NCBI GenBank assembly: GCA_050173015.1
Contig: JBFXLE010000006.1
Coordinates: 128,001-192,000 of the forward strand
Length of the DNA: 64,000 bases
Source of the DNA: Calditrichaceae bacterium
GTDB taxonomy: Bacteria > Calditrichota > Calditrichia > Calditrichales > JBFXGD01
Direction: 5' to 3'
Shown: one piece after another, positions 60,128 to 64,000 of the stretch
Layout: the number at the start of each line of letters is the position of its first letter
How positions within the stretch are numbered: the first letter of the stretch is position 1
The notes under the pieces: generated by a model
The model's database searches: none
What the model was told of the DNA's origin: nothing
Seen by the model: the letters and a program-made list of their open reading frames with translations, nothing else
Position numbers and translations under genes: made by a program

Positions 60128-61444
60128 ATGAAAGTGCTAAAATTTGGCGGCACCTCCGTAGGGACTCCGGAAAAAATTAAATCTTTAGTCAGGCTTATCG
60201 ATTATCCTGAAACCAAAATTGTTGTTCTGTCGGCAATGTCCGGTACTACAGATGCATTGGCCGAAATAACCCGCCTGTTATACGATAAAAATTCAGATGC
60301 GGCAAACACAAAAATTAACGAACTCGAAGAAAAGTATATACATACGGTCGATGAACTGTTTGATTCTGAAAGTTACAAAAAACAGGGCAACGAAATGGTT
60401 GAATCACATTTCTCCTACATCCGAAATTTTACCGTAAAGGTATTTACAAAATTGCAGGAAAAAGCCATCCTTGCCCAGGGAGAATTAATTTCGACCGCGT
60501 TACTTCATTTCTATCTGCAGGAGAATGAAAAAGATTCAGTCCTTATCCCTGCATTGAACTTTATGAGAATCGATAAAGACAACGAGCCGGATTATTTTTA
60601 TATTCGTGAAAATCTGGAACGCGAACTAAAACCGCGTAAAAATACATCCATTATCATTACCCAGGGATATATCTGCCGGAACGCCTATGGTGAAGTGGAC
60701 AATTTAAAACGTGGCGGCAGCGATTATACCGCCTCGTTAATCGGAGCGGCTCTGGATGCGTCCGAGATTCAAATATGGACGGATATCAATGGATTTCACA
60801 ATAATGATCCAAGGTTTGTAAAGAACACATCTGTGTTAAGAGAACTGTCATTTGATGAAGCGGCGGAGCTGGCATATTTCGGAGCAAAAATTCTTCACCC
60901 CACAAGTGTTCTCCCGTGTAAGGAAAAAAATATTCCTGTTCGTCTGAAAAATACGATGCTTCCTGAAGATCCCGGGACCTTGATTACCGGTAAATATACC
61001 CACGATGAAATTAAAGCGGTGGCCGCAAAGGATGGGATTACGGTAGTTAAGATAAAATCAGACCGAATGCTGCTTGCCTACGGATTTTTAAGAAAAATCT
61101 TTGAAATTTTTGAGATATATAAAACTCCGATCGATATGATTACCACATCCGAGGTTGCTGTTTCGCTGACCATTGATGATACAACCAACCTGAATGAAAT
61201 TGAGGCCGAACTGAATAAATTCGGGCAGGTGGAAATTGAGCGGGATAAAGCCATCATTTGCGTGATCGGGGATTTTATCGCCGAAAAAAGCGGCTCCGCG
61301 TTAAAAATTATGGAGGCATTAAAAGATATACCGCTGCGAATGATTTCATACGGGGGAAGCAGGCACAATATCTCTGTACTGGTGAACGCGGAAGCAAAAG
61401 TACCGGCCTTGAATGCTCTCAGCGGTCACCTGTTTAAAAAATAA
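60128..61444 (+). CDS. lysC: aspartate kinase
   Basis: KFGGTSVG, VLSAM, RGGSDYTA and AELAYFGAKILHP; C-terminal ACT domains. Confidence 0.93.
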   Translation: MKVLKFGGTSVGTPEKIKSLVRLIDYPETKIVVLSAMSGTTDALAEITRLLYDKNSDAANTKINELEEKYIHTVDELFDSESYKKQGNEMVESHFSYIRNFTVKVFTKLQEKAILAQGELISTALLHFYLQENEKDSVLIPALNFMRIDKDNEPDYFYIRENLERELKPRKNTSIIITQGYICRNAYGEVDNLKRGGSDYTASLIGAALDASEIQIWTDINGFHNNDPRFVKNTSVLRELSFDEAAELAYFGAKILHPTSVLPCKEKNIPVRLKNTMLPEDPGTLITGKYTHDEIKAVAAKDGITVVKIKSDRMLLAYGFLRKIFEIFEIYKTPIDMITTSEVAVSLTIDDTTNLNEIEAELNKFGQVEIERDKAIICVIGDFIAEKSGSALKIMEALKDIPLRMISYGGSRHNISVLVNAEAKVPALNALSGHLFKK

Positions 61445-61482
61445 TATTGACTAAAACCAAAAATTAAATGTATTAATCTCCC

Positions 61483-62637
61483 ATGTTTAAAAAAAATACG
61501 ATCAATAGATTTAGGAATCTGCCGACACCCTTTTACTACTACGATTTAGAGCTCCTGAATCGGACATTGGATACTGTAAACAGAGAGGCGGAACGCTTTC
61601 AGTATATTGTGCATTACGCGTTGAAGGCCAATGCAAATGAACGGATATTAAAGATTATCCGTGAGGCGGGGCTTGGCGCGGATTGTGTGAGCGGGAACGA
61701 AATCAAAAGGGCTCTTGAAGTGGGTTTTGATCCCGGCCAAATCGTATTCGCGGGTGTGGGTAAAGCAGATTGGGAGATTAATCTGGCTCTTGATCATGAT
61801 ATTTTTTGTTTTAACTGCGAGTCGGTCCCCGAGTTGCAGGTTATTAATGAACTTGCCCGGGGGAAGAATAAAATCGCCCGCGTGGCTTTGAGAATTAATC
61901 CGAATGTGGATGCCTCAACCCATCATTACATTACAACCGGCATAGAAGAAAACAAATTCGGAATCAACCGCTGGGAGTTGGATGAGATCATTGAGATATT
62001 GCCCGGTATGAAAAATATCAATCTGATAGGACTGCATTTTCATATCGGTTCGCAGATCACCGATTTGGCGGTGTTTAAGGGTTTGTGTATCAGAGTGAAT
62101 GAAATTCAGCAATGGTTTGCGGATCATATGATAATCCCTGAACATATAAATGTCGGCGGCGGACTTGGTGTGGATTACAAAAATCCGGATCAGAACAGCG
62201 TCCCTGATATTGAAAATTATTTTCGGATTTTCTCTGAACTTCTTGAGTTAAGGCCGGAACAGAAGGTCCATTTTGAACTGGGAAGATCAGTGGTGGCGCA
62301 ATGCGGAAGTCTTGTGACCAAAGTGATGTACGTAAAAAACGGGGTGAAAACAAAATTTGCCATTGTGGATGCCGGAATGACTGATTTGATACGGCCGGCT
62401 CTGTACCAGGCCTATCATAAGATACAAAATCTAACTTCGTCCCGGGGGAATGATCATTATAATGTTGTAGGACCTATTTGTGAGTCATCAGACAGCTTTG
62501 GGAAATATATAGAATTACCGGAAACTACGCGCAATGATCTTTTGGCGATCCGGTCTGCCGGCGCTTATGGAGAGATAATGGCTTCCCGTTATAATTTAAG
62601 GGATTTGCCGGCGGCGAGATATTCAGATGAATTTTGA
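61483..62637 (+). CDS. lysA: diaminopimelate decarboxylase
   Basis: YALKAN, HFHIGSQI, GGGLG, ELGR, GPICES.D and GAYG..MAS.YN motifs. Confidence 0.95.
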   Translation: MFKKNTINRFRNLPTPFYYYDLELLNRTLDTVNREAERFQYIVHYALKANANERILKIIREAGLGADCVSGNEIKRALEVGFDPGQIVFAGVGKADWEINLALDHDIFCFNCESVPELQVINELARGKNKIARVALRINPNVDASTHHYITTGIEENKFGINRWELDEIIEILPGMKNINLIGLHFHIGSQITDLAVFKGLCIRVNEIQQWFADHMIIPEHINVGGGLGVDYKNPDQNSVPDIENYFRIFSELLELRPEQKVHFELGRSVVAQCGSLVTKVMYVKNGVKTKFAIVDAGMTDLIRPALYQAYHKIQNLTSSRGNDHYNVVGPICESSDSFGKYIELPETTRNDLLAIRSAGAYGEIMASRYNLRDLPAARYSDEF

Positions 62638-62854
62638 TAAGATGCTTGACTTTGTTTAGGAATTGTCTGTAATATTTATCAAGGATATTATCGTAATATT
62701 ATAAATATACCGACAATACTAATATTGTCATTTTCTATTATTGCTCAGTGGGAAAATAAATTACCGCGTTTCTTAATAGACAATAAATAGATATCTATGG
62801 CTAAAAATGGAAGAAGTCTTAATTTATAAAATTAAAACCGTCCGGAATAATGAC

Positions 62855-62883
62855 TTGAAAAGATAAGAATATTTACTTATATT
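62855..62883 (+). promoter_or_regulatory. candidate sigma70 promoter for ffh
   Basis: TTGAAA, 17 nt, TATATT. Confidence 0.45.
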
Positions 62884-62923
62884 CTGCGGTCATAGTCGGA
62901 TTTTAACGATACTGGTTCTTAAT

Positions 62924-64000
62924 ATGTTAGAAGATTTGACGCTTAAGCTGGAATCGACGTTTCGGAAGTTGCGCGGTTACGGAAAATTAAACGAAAAAAA
63001 CATCGCTGATTCTTTAAAAGAAATCAGGCGCGCTCTATTAGAGGCCGATGTTAATTATAAAGTTGCAAAAGATTTCATTGCCGCGGTTCAGGAAAAGGCG
63101 GTTGGTGAAGATGTTCTGCGTAGTGTTACACCGGGTCAGATGATCGTAAAGATTGTGCATGATGAGTTGGTGAAACTGCTTGGTTCTTCAACGGTACAGC
63201 TCAAAACCGCAGGCATTCCTCCCACCATCATAATGATTGCCGGGTTGCAGGGTTCAGGGAAAACAACATTCTCCGGAAAGCTGGCCGGGTATCTGCGTAA
63301 GCGAGGCCGTAAACCGCTGCTTGTGGCCGCTGATGTTTATCGGCCGGCGGCTATTCAGCAATTAAGGATACTTGGTAAAAGTCTTGATATCCCGGTTTAT
63401 GACGAGGGGATCGGAGATCCGGTAAAAATAAGTTTCAACGCCATAGCGGAAGCGCGAAAAAAATTCTGCGATACGATTATCCTGGACACGGCGGGACGGC
63501 TGCACATAGATGAAAATATGATGAATGAACTCGTGCAGATCAAAAACCGGATTCGCCCGCATGAAATTCTTTTTGTCGCTGATGGTATGACAGGGCAGGA
63601 TGCCGTAAATACGGCAAAAGAATTTTCGGATCGCCTTGATTATGATGGCGTGATTTTAACAAAGATGGATGGTGACGCCCGGGGCGGGGCGGCGCTTTCG
63701 ATAAAGGCTGTAACCGGTAAACCAATTAAATTTATCGGCGTCGGTGAAAAGCTGGATGCCATTGAACAGTTTCATCCGGACAGGATGGCTTCCCGTATCT
63801 TAGGAATGGGTGATGTCGTCACTTTTGTTGAGCGCGCCCAGGATACGATTGACAGTGACAAGGCGGCCCGCCTGGAAGAACGGCTGCGGAAAGCCGAGTT
63901 CACACTGGAAGATTTTTATGATCAGTTACAGCAAATCAAGAAAATGGGTTCGTTGGAATCGCTCTTGTCAATGATTCCCGGAGCGGGAAAGCAGCTTAAA
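62924..64000 (+). CDS. ffh: signal recognition particle protein (partial, runs off the window; not in the ORF track)
   Basis: Own translation: MLEDLTLKL...ALLEADV...GLQGSGKTT...DVYRPAA...DTAGRL...TKMDGDARGGAALS...FHPDRMASRILGMGD. Confidence 0.97.
   Translation, partial: MLEDLTLKLESTFRKLRGYGKLNEKNIADSLKEIRRALLEADVNYKVAKDFIAAVQEKAVGEDVLRSVTPGQMIVKIVHDELVKLLGSSTVQLKTAGIPPTIIMIAGLQGSGKTTFSGKLAGYLRKRGRKPLLVAADVYRPAAIQQLRILGKSLDIPVYDEGIGDPVKISFNAIAEARKKFCDTIILDTAGRLHIDENMMNELVQIKNRIRPHEILFVADGMTGQDAVNTAKEFSDRLDYDGVILTKMDGDARGGAALSIKAVTGKPIKFIGVGEKLDAIEQFHPDRMASRILGMGDVVTFVERAQDTIDSDKAARLEERLRKAEFTLEDFYDQLQQIKKMGSLESLLSMIPGAGKQLK

Noticed and set aside
62638..62923. AT-rich gap before ffh as an SRP RNA or small gene
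   Set aside because: No GC-rich SRP hairpin with a GGAA tetraloop and no credible ORF; it appears to be promoter DNA.

Overview
A gene-dense bacterial chromosomal segment in which every gene I can support lies on the + strand. Gene content (T9SS-type C-terminal domains, PorV and C25 homologues, DUF2723, LpxK, CdaA, GH57) points to an FCB-group lineage such as Calditrichota; this is inference only. The housekeeping backbone is aroB(3' end)-MBL hydrolase-aroQ-flippase-GH57-lpxK, two tRNA(CAT), tilS-hpt-ftsH, TPR-folP-cdaA, SpoIID-prfB(+1 frameshift)-lysS-lolE/lolD-recG, glycosylation genes, purE, accA, rsmB, lysC-lysA and ffh (5' part). Two blocks of exported/outer-membrane genes sit in this backbone (14.4-28.7 kb and 48.6-57.7 kb). 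Together they resemble a type IX-like cargo attachment system: three proteins with NYPNP-type C-terminal sorting domains, a C25 PorU-like protease, two PorV-family barrels, paired unknown barrel proteins and a peptidase/propeller/Omp85 protein. Most notable observations: (1) an attenuator-like leader upstream of porV, with a promoter, a 14-aa uORF and mutually exclusive 1:2, 2:3 and 3:4 helices; (2) an M6-type protease that has lost its zinc ligands; (3) a DUF2723/polyprenol-P-mannose gene set, with D-(S/T)-hydrophobic sequons frequent in exported proteins; (4) a poly-A frameshift in the MBL hydrolase. I saw no mobile elements, CRISPR arrays or rRNA. All assignments come from motif recognition by eye, not from database searches.
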